Shown: positions 48,776 to 63,836 of the stretch, in pieces | Layout of the letters: every line of letters starts with the position of its first letter | Numbering within the stretch: position 1 is the first letter of the stretch | Assembly (NCBI RefSeq): GCF_031769215.1 | Contig: NW_026782240.1 | Span: 496,001-560,000 of the forward strand | Direction: 5' to 3' | Length of the DNA: 64,000 bases | DNA from: Ylistrum balloti | Lineage: Eukaryota | Made by a program: the position numbers and the translations under genes | The notes under the pieces: generated by a model | The model's input: the letters and a program-made list of their open reading frames with translations, nothing else | Database searches by the model: none | What the model was told of the DNA's origin: nothing

Positions 48776-51700
48776 ATGGCGATTGAATTTTCTTTGGAGA
48801 GCGTTGTCTTTATCGGCATTTCGGCGTTAGTGTCACTAATTGGATGGATCAATTATCGGGGTTTAGAATATGTCATAAAAAATTACCGATGGGTATTCGT
48901 CTGTCTGTTTCTGTTGCCAATGTCAGTTGTCTACGATTTCTTCATGTATTTTCGAAATTGGATCGTCTTCAAGATGAATTCAGCCCCAAAACAGCACGAC
49001 AAGAAAGTGAAAGATGTTCAGAGACAGGTATTTTTCAGTATTATCTGCACTGTGTATATACGAAAAATATTTTTTCAGTGCATTATATATATCCTTGGCG
49101 CATTAGTTTATGACCCCTTAAGAATAATTTTCCGCTAGATACGCAATGTTGATAAACTGCCACCAAACAAATACGTAAATGGCTTGAAATATGTTCATAT
49201 TATAAGATTGTAATATATTATCATATTATAAGAAAAACTGGTCTGTTATATACCAATATTTTCACGAAAAAAATATATACAGATACAACATTAAATTCGT
49301 AAAAGTATCGGACATGTAACTGCACTTCTGTTTCTGATAACATCACTAAATCACAGAGACGCTTGTTAGCATAAGGTGACCCAGAAGTACACATATATTT
49401 CATAAAATCATCGTTTGAACGGGAATAACATTTTGATGAAAATAAAAATCAAAATACATTGATATTGTGAAAGTGATGGATATCTGTGTTTATGTGTGCA
49501 CCATTTCTAAAGGGTTAGATTTAAGTTTTTATTGTTTGATCCTGTTTTTGCAAATGAGCAATATTTCTCAGTAAGTTTCTTTTTTAAAACACAAACTATT
49601 TAAATAAAGTTGATTTTTCAACTTTTGGTCTACAACTCTCTATTCAAATAAAATTGAAAATGAGTTGTCAAAAGGGATGATTGATAAATCATCATTTTTT
49701 CAATGTAAGACGTGCAAGTTTGGACTTTGCAGCCAAAGCCAAAAAAGGCAAGAAGGCGTAGCCAATTATTTGTGGTTGATTTGAATTCACATGACAGTAC
49801 TATACTATTCTTATAAATATTTGTTGTTTATAGAAAAGAAATATGTAAAGGAGTTTTATAAATCATGATTTACAGGTTAAGAAATGGGATAGTGATGGCT
49901 GCTTAAGGCAAATGTGTACTGCTCGTCCAGGATGGATGACAATCAGCTTTCGACAAGGTCTCTACAAACAAAGTAGTCGTAAGATAAAAGTTAATTTAGT
50001 GGATATCCTGGAAATTGATTCTGTAAATCAGACGGTCCGAGTCGAACCATTGGTCAGTATGGGTCAGATATCAGCTTTCCTGAACCCTCTTGGATGGACC
50101 TTACCTGTCTTACCGGAATTGGATGATCTCACCGTGGGTATGTATTGTAAGGAGTTATCAATAATCAGCAGCTTTGTTTTCCATTAGTTACCTTGAATGG
50201 AATTTGGGAAAAACCAGTGTACATGTTAACTGTATTGGATAATGTTTTTGGTATACTAATTTGTCATGTGATTTTAGGGACACAAATGTTTGAATCCTGG
50301 ACTCATGCATTTTGTGTGACTGATTCAAATTTTGAAAATCCACTAAATTTGATTAAAACTAAACTCATCAAAATGTTGGAAATGGTGCGCTGGATTCACA
50401 AGAAAAATCTTGCAAATATTAATGTTATTTAAAAAAGAAAATGACTTAAAGAAAATCATAAACTAAGCATATTTTCTAATTGGTTTAAATCTAGTGATTG
50501 TCAATTTTCACTTAAATTTGTAAAGGAGATGCAGATTTGTATGCTGACTATACAACATCTGGTTTTGAGGTATAATTAACTTTTTTTACTCGATCACTAA
50601 AGATACTGGTTTTCAATCCATGAAATTCAAGCGAGCCACTGGTTTGCTGATCAATACATTCATTCCCATAAGTTGAGGCTGGTTTTGGGTATATATCCCA
50701 ACTGCAATGTTTTCTTAAAGGTGTATATTTAATGCATGTTACCTTTAGGCTTGGTTAAAGGGCATATGTAATTTTCATTACAACTGAAGAAGGAGTAACG
50801 TTGAGACATGACATGTTAATCTGGTTGTTACAGGTGGTTTGATTATGGGAGTAGGCATAGAGACATCATCACACAAACATGGTCTGTTCCAGCACTGTTG
50901 TGTAGGCTATGAGCTGGTCATGGCAGATGGCAGTGTAGTCAAGTGCTCAGAGGTAAATAATAAAACATATTATGAAAAATAACAGTGCTTTATTTACTTT
51001 TTACTACATATTTGTCACACTTCTTGTTTATAAGCATGAGCGGAAACAAGTTACACCATACTTGATTTTCTTCATCCTATAGAACAATTTGATAACATTT
51101 TTGTTATATTTTAATTAAAGTTTTATTTCTCACAATGCTTTGTTAATACATTGTTCTATTTTATGTAGTTTATATTTGTTTGTATCACAGGCCCACTGTT
51201 CATGAATTTTTCTTCAAGAGGAAGACAGTTTTAAGCTTTACATTTTTCCTTCAGTCCAATATTTATGCAGTGCCATTGGAAAATTTAAATAAGAAGTTTT
51301 GTTATGATAGATGTATTCAGTAAATTTGTCTTGTTTACCTGACTAGAAATAAATGTTAGTTAAATAATAACAGTTTTATCAATGAAACCTTTACTTGCAC
51401 AGACTCACAACAGAGAGCTATTTTACTCTGTTCCCTGGTCCTATGGTACACTCGGATTCCTGGTTTCTGCAGAGCTGAAAATAATTCCAGCAAAAAGGTT
51501 TATAAGGATGGAGTACACCCCTGTTTACACAACTGATGACATGATCAAAACATTTGAAAAGGAAACTATGAAAAAACAAAATAACCAGTTTGTGGAAGGG
51601 CTGGTATACTCTAAAGACACTGCTGTTATTATGACTGGAAACCTCACGGATGAAGCTGATATTGATAAGGTGATAACATTAAATGGCCTACTAAGGTTAA

Positions 51701-54072
51701 GACTTATGAAAGGTTATTTTATTGTATATTTTGTCTCGAAAAAGTTCGTATCTGAGTCAGTGATCATGGCATTGCTGGTGTAAAATCTTCAATATACCTA
51801 TATAGCTCTTTAGTACTTGTTTTATTGGTTTGCACGAATTCAATTGAAAGGTGAGGCCCTTGTGGTAAATAAAATACTATTAAGAAATTCTACAAAGTTA
51901 TTTTGAAACTTGCACGTGTATTCAAGAAAATGTGAAAATATTTCCAAGCATGAGACGAAAGATGAGATAAATTAGTGTTAACCATCAGAATGACACTTTG
52001 TAGATTAACCCTATTGGGTATTTCTGGAAGCCATGGTTCTTCAAGCATGTGGAAGACTTTTTGCAAAAAGGATCAGATGTAGAATACATTCCAATCAGGC
52101 ACTACTATCATCGGCACACACGGAGCATCTTCTGGGAACTACAAGTAGGTCATCCTAAATTTCTGCTCATCATGGTGATATCACCACTTCATTTGGTGCA
52201 TTAATGAGAACAGAATTGTGTCATTTATTAAGAGTACATTACCAGGTAATTCCTTGTGATGCAATGATTTCACTTTCTGCTCTTAGGATATCATTCCATT
52301 TGGGAACAATCCTGTGTTTCGGTATCTTTTCGGCTGGAGTGTACCACCAAAGATTTCTCTGCTGAAACTGACTCAAGGGGAGACAACCAAACGAATGTAC
52401 GAAAAGTACCAGATTATTCAAGACATGTTGGTCCCTATGGCGTCACTCAAGGAGGCTCTTGGGGTCTTCCATGAAGAAATCAAGGTATAGTATACTTTAT
52501 CAGTGATCGATCTACAATTCTATAAAACAAGTCTTTCTCAGTGTTAATGCTAAACACCATGGGCCCCACAATGTCAAATTTAAGTATTTCCAGAAAATTC
52601 TATGAATTCCATAAAATTTGTCTGTGCTCAGAACTTTCATTTAGATTTGCCAGTGCTTTCGATATATTTAATGATGAGGGAGTATTATAAGTCCCCAACT
52701 GGAAACAGGAGGTGGACTATAGTTTTGCATTTTGTCTTTCTGTCTTTCCATTTTATGTGAGCTCTCCTTGCTACAGTAATTGTCACTAAAACTTCATACT
52801 TGGGGTATTGATTCATTTTGGTCACTGGAAATTATCCAGGCTCTATCTCATACACTACTAGTCATTGGAACTTCTTACTTAGGACATTGGTTCGCTTGCT
52901 ATACATTCTTGGCATATAATTTCACATTTAGTGGGGAATTTTAATTTGATGAATTCCCTTTTTAACCGATGGTACACAGTTAGATGCTATTTTGTTTTTC
53001 AAGTAATCGAGTTTGTTATACTTATCAAAGAGATCTTGCCAACTTACTTGATAAAACTTTCTGATTTTGACAAATTGATATTTTTCTATAAAATATGATA
53101 TCTGGTGAATGCAGCAATTATGATCTCATCTGACCAAAAGTGCCAAATGAACTTTAGAAATTTTAAATAGAGGTAAATCTTTAAAATCATATCTCAGTTT
53201 GGTTTAAGGGGTTTTTGGACAAATTTAGTTTAGGACATCCTGAGGAGAAATGAACATGAATTTGTATAAACCAACGGTCTGGCCCTCAAGGGGGCAGAAG
53301 AGTGAGGCTTAAAAAGAAATTCAGAGTTATATACTGAAAACACAGCCGACATCAGAATATAATAACTGTTTCAAACTTTGTTTAGATGTACCCTCTGTGG
53401 CTGTGTCCCTTCAAACTGTACAACAACCCTGGTATGGTTCATCCTAAAGGTGATCAGGATGAGATGTATGTGGATATAGGAGCTTACGGTTCTCCCAAGG
53501 CAATCAACTTCGATGCTGTACCCACCACACGACGACTGGAAGCTTATGTTACAAAAGTCAATGGGTATGATGGCATTGTATTAAAGGTCTATGAACACAA
53601 TCTTGGAATTAATTTTTGCACTCAATAGTCATGGATTTGTATTTTGGATTTATTTTAAAGGGTAAACAGCAATCACAACAAGCTCTGGATTCTGAAATAT
53701 TATTTATTACTGTTCATCTACTGGTTTTGCCTGAAACATATGGGCTTCTTCAGGACATCTTGGATATATTTTTATATAGGTTTCTCAAAATCTTTCTACG
53801 GTTACAAGAATTTGTTAAAGAAGTTCTGAATTTGTAGCTGGGTAAGGAAGTTCATGTTTTGTTTATTTTTTCCAGTAATTTACAATTCAATCTTATACCA
53901 CTGTTAATTCATCAGGTTCCAGATGCTGTATGCGGACACTTACATGACAAGACAGGAGTTTCGCAAGATGTTTGATCACAGCCTGTATGATCAAATGAGG
54001 AGGAAACTTGATAACTGTGAGAGAGCCTTCCCAGAAGTTTACGACAAGATCAACCGTAAAGTTAGGACATAG
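48776..54072 (+). CDS. DHCR24: Delta(24)-sterol reductase, complete, 524 aa
   Basis: 8 phase-consistent exons: 48776-49027, 49876-50137, 50834-50952, 51403-51669, 52004-52144, 52287-52484, 53386-53564, 53916-54072 (1575 nt including TAG). Motifs: [105 protein letters not shown]. Confidence 0.97.
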
Positions 54073-56157
54073 TCATCCTTACTTTGAAAAGCAAGTACTA
54101 ATGGAACACAGTGGTAGGTCAGAGGTTTCAATTCTTTGTTTCTGACAATTTTAGATCAGCCATGTTTTTTCACTAGCTTTACAAATTAGGAAGGACTACA
54201 ATACACGTACAATTTTTTAGATTAAAATTAATAATTTGTTTTGTTTCTGACAAGAATGTCCTTATTGCTGATGCAAATTACATGGCCAAAATTTTAGGAA
54301 ACGACTAAGCTCAGATGTAAACAAAGTTTTGGACCCTACATTAAGTTAAACTTTTACTTGAACTAAACGTTTGTTCTTGGAATAGAAAATCTTGAAAAAT
54401 CAGGAAATGAGATTTTTTAAACATCTGTTAAACATAAACTTTTTAATGAATTCATTAACAAGTTTCAATTTGTTAAAATAGCTGATTTTATGGAATTCAA
54501 ATCAAAATTTGTTATCTTTCTATTTTAATGAAGTTGAATCAAAATACAAATCTAATTTTCTTTCTGCTACATTCCATTTGATGTGTGAATTGAGAATAAT
54601 TAGTAAAGTTGTTATTGTTATCAAAACTTTTTCCCTCCTATTCCCTTACATAACTTATTTTTAAATAGTTTAGTTTATTTTAGTGTATTTATTGTATGAG
54701 AGATCAGTGTATGTATTATATATACATATACCATTAAATTTGTGAGGTTTATTTTTATTAAGTTCACTGGAATGTTAAGCACTCAGTATTTATTTTCTAA
54801 GTTTAGAAAATTAAACATAAGAGGTGTAGTTACTTTGATATGAATGATGAAGTCCCCATTGTTTTTGTAACAGAAAAAACTGCTTTTTCCTTACAATACA
54901 CCAATATATGTCTCTTACAAAAGTCTACATATCACAAAATGAAATTTCTCCAAATTTACTTTCCTACAAGTTTGATGTTTCTCAATTTTAATATGATAAT
55001 TGGGTTTTTTAAATTTGAAATCCATCAAATGGTAATTGCATTGTTATCACAATAACTATAATTATTTTATTGTAATGAATATACACACTATTGTATTTTA
55101 TTTTTTAATCCATTGTGCAAAACAAATCATCAATAGATAATTGAGTTTGTCTTGGTAATTTGATTACACATTAGTAGCTATTGACACTTAGATGAAATAC
55201 AACAATAGGTTTATTGCAAAAGTTCTATCATTTGCTTAAATGGAGTTTTTCATCAATGCTTGCATGATTCATTTTCCATATTTACAATTTAAAAAGAAAT
55301 TTTACTTTTTTTTTGACAGTGTGTCTAAATTAAATGAGATCTACAGTTAGACAAAAATACAGAGCTCATTTACTTTATAATTCTTGTACTGTTTATGTAT
55401 GTATATATATGAGGGCAACCATTTAGGCCCACTGAGGTATCAAAATTATTTGTAAAGCATCTAGAGATTAGATATGAAAGTGGTTATGCTTTAGTTATCA
55501 AAAATGTTTCCAATTTTATTGTATTACTATATGTATTTGTATATAGACAATTTATGTAGGTAAGCATCACAAGGATACAGAAATGCAAGCACTAATGCTT
55601 AAATTGGTTTGTTCTTCAAGTTTATTTTAATATATATACACCAGGGTACAGTGTATTGAAAAAAATCACCATATCATTTTTTGGTTATGAGTGTCGATGA
55701 TTGTGGACATTTTTATGTTACTTACATATAAAACTTTATTATAATTTACTTTGAATTAGACACTTTATGTTGATATTTGATACTGTTGATCCACTTTAAT
55801 ATCCTGGAGGCATATTGGTCTCTTCTTAAAAGTCCCTGTAAATTTGCTGCTGTTATACATGCATTTGATTTTCATTCTGTATTTTTTTAGCCCACTTACC
55901 TGCTTCATTAAAACCTCAAAATATACTCTATACATTTCCTTTTTATCGATCTTTATATTTATCAATTTGACATAGTTAAAATGGCAAATTGTGTATCTGA
56001 GCCATGAAAAACTGCTTATTATTCGGCATATTTATTATCTATTTATATATTAAGATTGATGAATTTTTAGTGAAAATTGTATTTATAAAAAATTGATCGA
56101 TTATTAAGATTGAAATCCTTATGACTTAGTACTTTCTCTCTGAAAAGTGCAAATGAA

Positions 56158-56240
56158 GGGTTTAGATATATTGTGATAGGGTTTAGAGATATTGTGATAG
56201 GGTTTAGAGATATTGTGAAAGGGTTTAGAGATATTATGAT
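56158..56240. repeat. 21-bp tandem repeat, about 4 copies
   Basis: gggtttagagatattgtgata. Confidence 0.85.
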
Positions 56241-56454
56241 CTACTGTATGGCTCTGTTTATGATTTGATACTAACGATGAAGACATATCAACGATATATT
56301 GTTCCTAGTATAAATATTTATATTTGTGGAGTATATGATAATCATTCCAGAGGTCTAAAGCAATATAATGCAATAAACATGAATACAAGTGATGTCTCTT
56401 TATAATATCTCTATCTTATTTGAACCTTTATGACTTGTCACTTTTCTCCAAAGG

Positions 56455-57685
56455 TATCAATGAAAGGTTTATCATTGTCTACTATGTCAGCTATCTATAC
56501 TAAATACTACCTGTATCAGTGCAGGGTTTATCATTGTCTACTATGTCAGTTATCTATACTAAATACTACTAACATCAGTGACGGGTTTATCAGTGTCTAC
56601 TATGTCAGTTATCTATACTAAATACTACTAACATCAGTGACGGGTTTATCAGTGTCTACTATGTCAGTTATCTATACTAAATACTACCTGTATCAGTGGA
56701 GGGTTTATCATTGTCTACTATGTCAGTTATCTATACTAAATACTACTAACATCAGTGACGGGTTTATCAGTGTCTACTATGTCAGTTATCTATACTAAAT
56801 ACTACCTGTATCAGTGGAGGGTTTATCAGTGTCTACTATGTCAGTTATCTATACTAAATACTACCACTATCAGTGAAGGGCTTATCATTGTCTACTATGT
56901 CAGTTATCTATACTAAATACTACCACTATCAGTGAAGGGCTTATCATTGTCTACTATGTCAGTTATCTATACTAAATACTACTAACATCAGTGACGGGTT
57001 TATCATTGTCTGTTATGTCAGTTATCTATACTAAATACTACTGGTATCAATGAAAGGTTTATCATTGTCTACTATGTCAGTTATCTATACTAAATACTAC
57101 TGGTATCAATGAAAGGTTTATCATTGTCTACTATGTCAGTTATCTATACTAAATACTACCACTATCAGTGGAGGGTTTATCATTGTCTACTATGTCAGTT
57201 ATCTATACTAAATACTACCTGTATCAGTGAAGGGTTTATCATTGTCTACTATGTCAGTTATCTATACTAAATACTACTGGTATCAATGAAAGGTTTATCA
57301 TTGTCTACTATGTCAGTTATCTATACTAAATACTACTGGTATCAATGAAAGGTTTATCATTGTCTACTATGTCAGTTATCTATACTAAATACTACTGGTA
57401 TCAATGAAAGGCTTATCATTGTCTACTATGTCAGTTATCTATACTAAATACTACTAAAATCAATGACGGGTTTATCAGTGTCTACTATGTCAGTTATCTA
57501 TACTAAATACTACCTGTATCAGTGGAGGGTTTATCATTGTCTACTATGTCAGTTATCTATACTAAGTACTACTAACATCAGTGGCGGGTTTATCATTGTC
57601 TACTATGTCAGTTATCTATACTTAATACTACCTGTATCAGTGAAGGCTTTATCATTGTCTACTATGTCAGCTATCTTTACTAAAT
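56455..57685. repeat. 59-bp minisatellite, about 21 copies
   Basis: Constant gggtttatcattgtctactatgtcagttatctatactaaatactac plus a variable ~13-bp segment. Confidence 0.97.
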
Positions 57686-60600
57686 CCACTCACTTGTATT
57701 CTGATGTTTTACTTTGATGATATACATAACATGTGGTTTGAATGCATCTCTCATTTCCTCTGGATTAGATAATAGCAACCTGATGTAAATCAAGACCTGA
57801 AAGAATTGGAGAACCAAATCTGTATTTCTGTCACTTAGTAGTCAAATGCGACAGGAATAATTGACAGATACCTATAGATATTCACTTGACTGCCACGGAG
57901 ACATGTAAACATAGACAAAATGGAGCATCAATTCTGTGGTTTATTGTGTTGTCCATTTCCCACTGATTATCCATTACTATACTGCAATCATGTGTATTTT
58001 ACGATTACATCAACGCTGTAATGTTATCCTTAGGGCAGATTGTTGCGATGATTGTGAGTTTACTGAAACATGTTAACAACATAAACAAACCATGGAATCA
58101 AAGTTGTATCGTTCCATTCTCTAATTTCTGATGTAAATTTATAATAACTTACTGATTAGAATGAACTTTACTGTTAGTTTGAAAATTTCACAGCATCCTT
58201 TTTCAGCATCCTCTGAAGCACTTTATGTGGATCTGTGATTCTGTAGGTAGCAATTCTTGCATGTGTAACATGTACCTCGTAATTAATTAAACAGGTTTAG
58301 TTACATGATGCCATTGTAACATAGTAAGTCATGACTTCCCCCTTTTTTGTCTTTTATCAATTGAATGTATACAAATATTAACTTTTTCTTCATTTCATTC
58401 CATATAGTAAAGCTGTGATCATATGATCATTTATATACAATTTATGTTGCAATTCTAAACTTTTAAAATTTTTTCCCTCCAGACTCACATTAATACATGT
58501 ACATATCACTAATGTGTTGTTAATTTTGTGTTATGAATTGTGTATCGAATGTATAAAGGAACACTTTTGTCATTAAAGGGAAGTGTTTCCTTACTGGCCT
58601 GTTGTGTTGATGATATTAAGGAACTTTTATATACCAGGACTATTGAACTAAGCTTTTTGTCATCTGCCAAATAGATATGCTTAAGCATGGAGGTAAGATA
58701 AATATAAGTTACAACTGTACATGCAGTTTTTATCATGGACATAAAAATAATATGTTTACCATACAATGATAAAAGACTAACAGTATTTTTATTAACATTC
58801 TACCAAAAAAGGGTTACCCAATAGCTCAAGGTACCAGTAGTAATCAAATTAAGTGAGAATGATTTAATCATGGTAAATGTTCCACAGAGATCTATTTGTG
58901 TCAAAACCCCTGTAAGTTTTATAACTAAACAAACTTTGTCTATCTATTTGTAAATATTGTATGTGATCTAGCCTGCAGTTTGAGAACCTCCCTTATGGTA
59001 ATCGTTTTGTAGATATTTCTTCAGTAACCAGGTGTTTATTAAGGAAGAATAATTTCTGAAGTCTTCCTTGATTGGTTTAATCTTAATCATGTAAATTTGG
59101 TATGTGTCATTTACAATAGAGAAATGCTTTTTGTTTCCTCAGGATGTCTAGTTTCTTTACTGAAGAAGGTAAGCCTTACTAGTTATTCAACATTGAGTTT
59201 CAGTGAACTGTATGAACTTGATGTGAATTTTATTTTACTGTTTACATTTTATTTTCTTTACCCAATACCCTTTCTTTTTAAAATTGTGACCTGTGACACA
59301 ATATGTAATTTACCGTCAAATAATAGATATGACCAAATCATTTGGAAGGAACATGATGGGATATTCTATCTTTGTAATGATAATCAAAACCAAATCTTGT
59401 CTACTTTATGATTAGTAATTTTCTTGCTTTAATTTTAATTGAATTCATAATAATTCTTCATGCAAAATTTTAAATGTTTATGAAATGATAAACAGATCAA
59501 AATGGATATGGATTATAATATTACCGGGTAGTTGATGTAGCAAGCAAGATTTATCCACAAAATCTAGTCCCAACGAAAATGCAGTTTTATTCAACTAAAA
59601 AATGTGAACCCCCCCCCCCCCCCCCCCCAATGATAAAATGTGATTTTAAAGTACACTGTACAAGGTAGATATACAAGCCAGCCTAGAAAAGTTTCGAAGA
59701 ATGTCAGAATTTGCTATGGTTTTACATACATTATTATTGCTGTTACCATTTACAGTGTGTGCTATATTTCAACCAATCGCCATGATGATTTGATTTATAT
59801 TAATTGGTTTTTGACAAGAGTTGTTACAAACAGTATATGTTTTCTAAAAACACCAAAACAGATGGTTTATATAGAATGAAATCCACAGTTTTGAAAAAGA
59901 ATGATTATAGTCTGCTATAAATATTAATAAGAAATCATTTCCTTATTCACAGTAGTAAAATAATTCAAAATGATGCCTACAGAACAAACGTGTGATTGTG
60001 GAGTTATTTACAAAGTTGTGTGTTAAATTAGTTCATTAACGAGTCTAATTGTTGTGTTACTGAAATTAAAAGTGATATTGATTACCTTTTTGTTATTTTT
60101 TCAGCTTTGTTATGTCGTCAGGTTATCCTGGATGAGCTTGGTTAATGTGATGTAATGATGGTTTTAACTTTAAACTGATAGAAACTAAAAACTAGGAGAA
60201 CCAACACCCCAATTATTTTAAATATTGGTATCTTCTTGGATGGATATCTTAGGGTATCCAACAGAGGTCCATAGTGGACGAAATATGTTGACAACATCTT
60301 GATCACAATAATAAAGATAACTCTTCATTTCTACGTTTTAAATCTGAGAGTATTGGAAGTGATACTGAAGTGATAAAATAGCTATAAAAAAACTTTCATT
60401 GTTGAAATCCAAGAAAGCGGCCTGTCAACCATATGTTTTTCTTGATTAGTCCCGAAATCCACCTGGAAACATATAGGTACAAAGAGAAACCTACATATAC
60501 ATCTCAAGAAATAGCAACAACAAATTTTCTTTGTCAAAATCCAAGATGGACATCTGTCGGCCACTTTGTTTTTCTTATCAGTCTCAAACAAGGGACAAAG

Positions 60601-62980
60601 AGAAACCTACATATGAAATTTGAAAAAAGATAAATCCTATTCTTCTCAAAAAATAGCAATAACAAACTTTCATTGATGAAATCCAAGATGGCCACCTGTG
60701 GACAATCTTTTCCTGATCAGTCCTTTAATCAAAAAATCAAAAAGGCACAATTAAGGATGACAAGGGGAAACCTACATGGAATTTAAAGATCCATCCAGTA
60801 ATCTTGTACATAAAACAAAAATAACAAAACCAAAAAACATGCTAAGAATAAAAGATTAGGGGTGGATGTCATGTGCGTAAGGTTTCCTCTCCATCAGTTT
60901 ACAAGTTCCCCTCCCACTCCAAATGGAAGTAAAACGAAAAGAAAAAAAAAATCATAGTTCTACAAACTTGGATTGAAAGTTCTAACTTTTGTGTTTTCTT
61001 CTAAATATGAATCAAATATTAAGAATCAAATTGAATAGTGTAAAAAGACTGAGAAAATCCAGGGGTTATAGCCACTTAATTTATGAATGGTCTATCTTTC
61101 ATAACAATTTTTAAATAACCTAAATAAAATGGCAAACATTTGTCCCCACACAGAAAACAACAGTTATACATGTCAACACAAAGCCTGAAATTTCACATGT
61201 ATGAAATTAAACCCCCTGTAACAATGAAACAACTACACTACAAGAAAACCAACATCAACATCATCTTGGCAATACAGTGTTTCTTTATTTTATCATAAAA
61301 AATATTACAAGTACCCAAAATTATACAGAAAGTTATAAATTACATATCATTTCTATCACAGTTATTCATTTGCTGTCAGAAAAATATCCTTTTTCTACAA
61401 ATGTTTTTAATGGACAACAATGAATGTTCCTGTAAAATCGTTTGGTTGTCAAATATATAGATCAAGTTCTAAAAAGTTCTAATTTCATTTTTGAGTAATT
61501 AAAAAAAAGTAAGTAATGATAAAGTAACAACATGTACATGAATAAGCAAGATTTTCTTCTTAATTTGCTTTCAACTGAAAGAAAAAAGAAATAAAATTGT
61601 AAAAACCCTTATCCATTATTAGATATCAAATACTGAAGATAATCGTTATTTTCAATGACCTGAGAATTAACCTGTCAAATTAGTAACTCCCAATTTTGTA
61701 AAAGCGATACTTAGTTATATTGCACTCATTCCAATTACTTGCACAAAAAAATTAAATAGAAGCTGAGAAAGCATTAAGAATATCAATAATGAAGTCGGAA
61801 CATCATAATTCAATATTCAATTAAATTTGTTCATAATCTCAATAATGCTTGGCACATGTACAGAATTCAGAAATCAACCTAAGGAGACATGGAAACATTT
61901 CTATTTTCATCATATCAATATTTCCTTTAATATCCACACAAACATTAAAACATTATTTTAATTGTGCTAAACACACTCCCAGTGGATCACAGTTGATATA
62001 CATATAGGAAGACACATCCTTTTATATATATAGGAAGTGGTGGTCATTGAACATTATCAACTAAATGTGGTCACAAATGAAACAATGGGCAAAACATCAA
62101 CATATTTACCATAAATATAATTATCCTGTTTCTTTTCTCTGATAAAAGTAATGGGAATGTATCAATTCTTTGATAAAAGTACAAATGTAGTAAGAACATA
62201 CCATATTTTTTTCTTTTATCTCTTACCATCAGACACTTATTTAAATATTACATCCATATACTTGGAAGTGTAAGCATAGCACCCATTACTTATATAACGG
62301 CAGGAACACATCTGATAATACTACATAATCAATAGCTGCAATGCCCAGGAGATGCATTTAAGGTAAAATGTTCAGGCAAAAAGCATCTTAAAGATACATT
62401 TCATCAAAGGTAAAATGTTCACAACATATGTCAAATTTACAAGTATAACAAACATTTGAATCAACTAGCCTATTTAAGCCTATATGACCTGAACAAGGCT
62501 TTTAAGTTAATAAGGCAAGTCTGTTATGTACTGTTATGTAATGAGAAACTAGTCATAAAACACTAATAAAATATCATTTCAAATAAGCAAAATGATGATT
62601 GTCTACATGAAAATTACAATGATATCAACTTTTGAATGTAAGAGTTTCATAAACTGATGTAAAATCAAATAGAGGTCACACGATTATCAGATTCATGTGA
62701 TTGGCGTAAAAGATCTCAGATGTGTGTATGTATTGGCTCAATGAGAATGATCATTACAGGTCAGTTGTGAGACTATAGCTTATCATAAAACTTAAACGCA
62801 ACACATCAACATAAAACACATTGTTTTTTTTGTGTAAATTTATCAAACTATTGCTCACATTTTCTTTTAAAGATTAAATGTCTCAATTCCTATTATTCCA
62901 TCCTGCCTTACCAGGTACTTCTCTCTCACTAATCACACATGTTTCCCAAATAACTGTAAATTTGGATTGTCAAGCAAACA

Positions 62981-63836
62981 TCAGTTGATGTTTGGACGTC
63001 CTCGATTTGGAATAAGTGGGTCATTCTCGTCTGGCTCCTTCTCCTCTGCTGGGTCAGCAGCTAACTGGGCTGCTTTTATTGCCTTCTGTTTTCGACTAAG
63101 ATTTAGAATTCCACCCTGCATAAAACAAAGATTGATTTTCTCACTTTAAAACCTGATTTGTTTATGATTAAATTGGTAATAATAACAAATGCACTGCAGT
63201 AGAATTTTATCTTGAAAACATTATTTCATTGTTATTTGGCTGACAATAGAAATTTTGAAAACATTCAAAGAAAAGAGTTCAGAAATTTAACTATGTTACT
63301 TTACCTTGATCAAAAAAGATTTTTTGGTTTATATTCAAGAACATCTTTGTATAATTCATACCCCTAAAATGATGCAGTTAGAAGTAATTTTGTATCTATG
63401 GACCATTACACCAATAGATTTGCGACAATGTTTTACTCAGACCTATATCTAAGTCTGTGGTTTTACTTGGGAGGTTATTTTGTATTTACACTCTATATAC
63501 TTTAACTTAACACACTTGTGAGATAATTACTTTAAAGTTTAGAAAAATTGATGACACTTTTCAAAGCAAATACAACACTTCAATTTCAAACATAGCACAA
63601 CATTTGAAAATCAGAAAACAAGAACTGTTCTTTAACCTTTGTTATTGACCTGGAAATGTTGTCGGTCACACAAATGTGCTTTTAACAGGACATATGAGTA
63701 AGGCAGAAAAACATGACTAACCCTTCTTTTGTCATTGATGTTAAGGAACACTGTGGTTACCACACAGGCTAGGCTGTTTGCCAAGAGGAAGATCATGACA
63801 TATTTCCATCTTAGTAGAGTTTCCTCTGTCTTCAGA
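62981..63836 (-). CDS. Last two coding exons of an MFSD1-like major facilitator transporter (5' part off-window)
   Basis: Exons 63722-63836 (LKTEETLLRWKYVMIFLLANSLACVVTTVFLNINDKRR) and 62981-63115 (GGILNLSRKQKAIKAAQLAADPAEEKEPDENDPLIPNRGRPNIN*) join in frame. A TM helix followed by GGILNLSRKQ resembles MFSD1 GGNLNYSARQ. Confidence 0.65.

Noticed and set aside
56455-57685. CRISPR-like constant repeat plus variable segment
   Set aside because: Eukaryotic context, no cas genes, and the variable parts are short, homologous and reused; it is a minisatellite.
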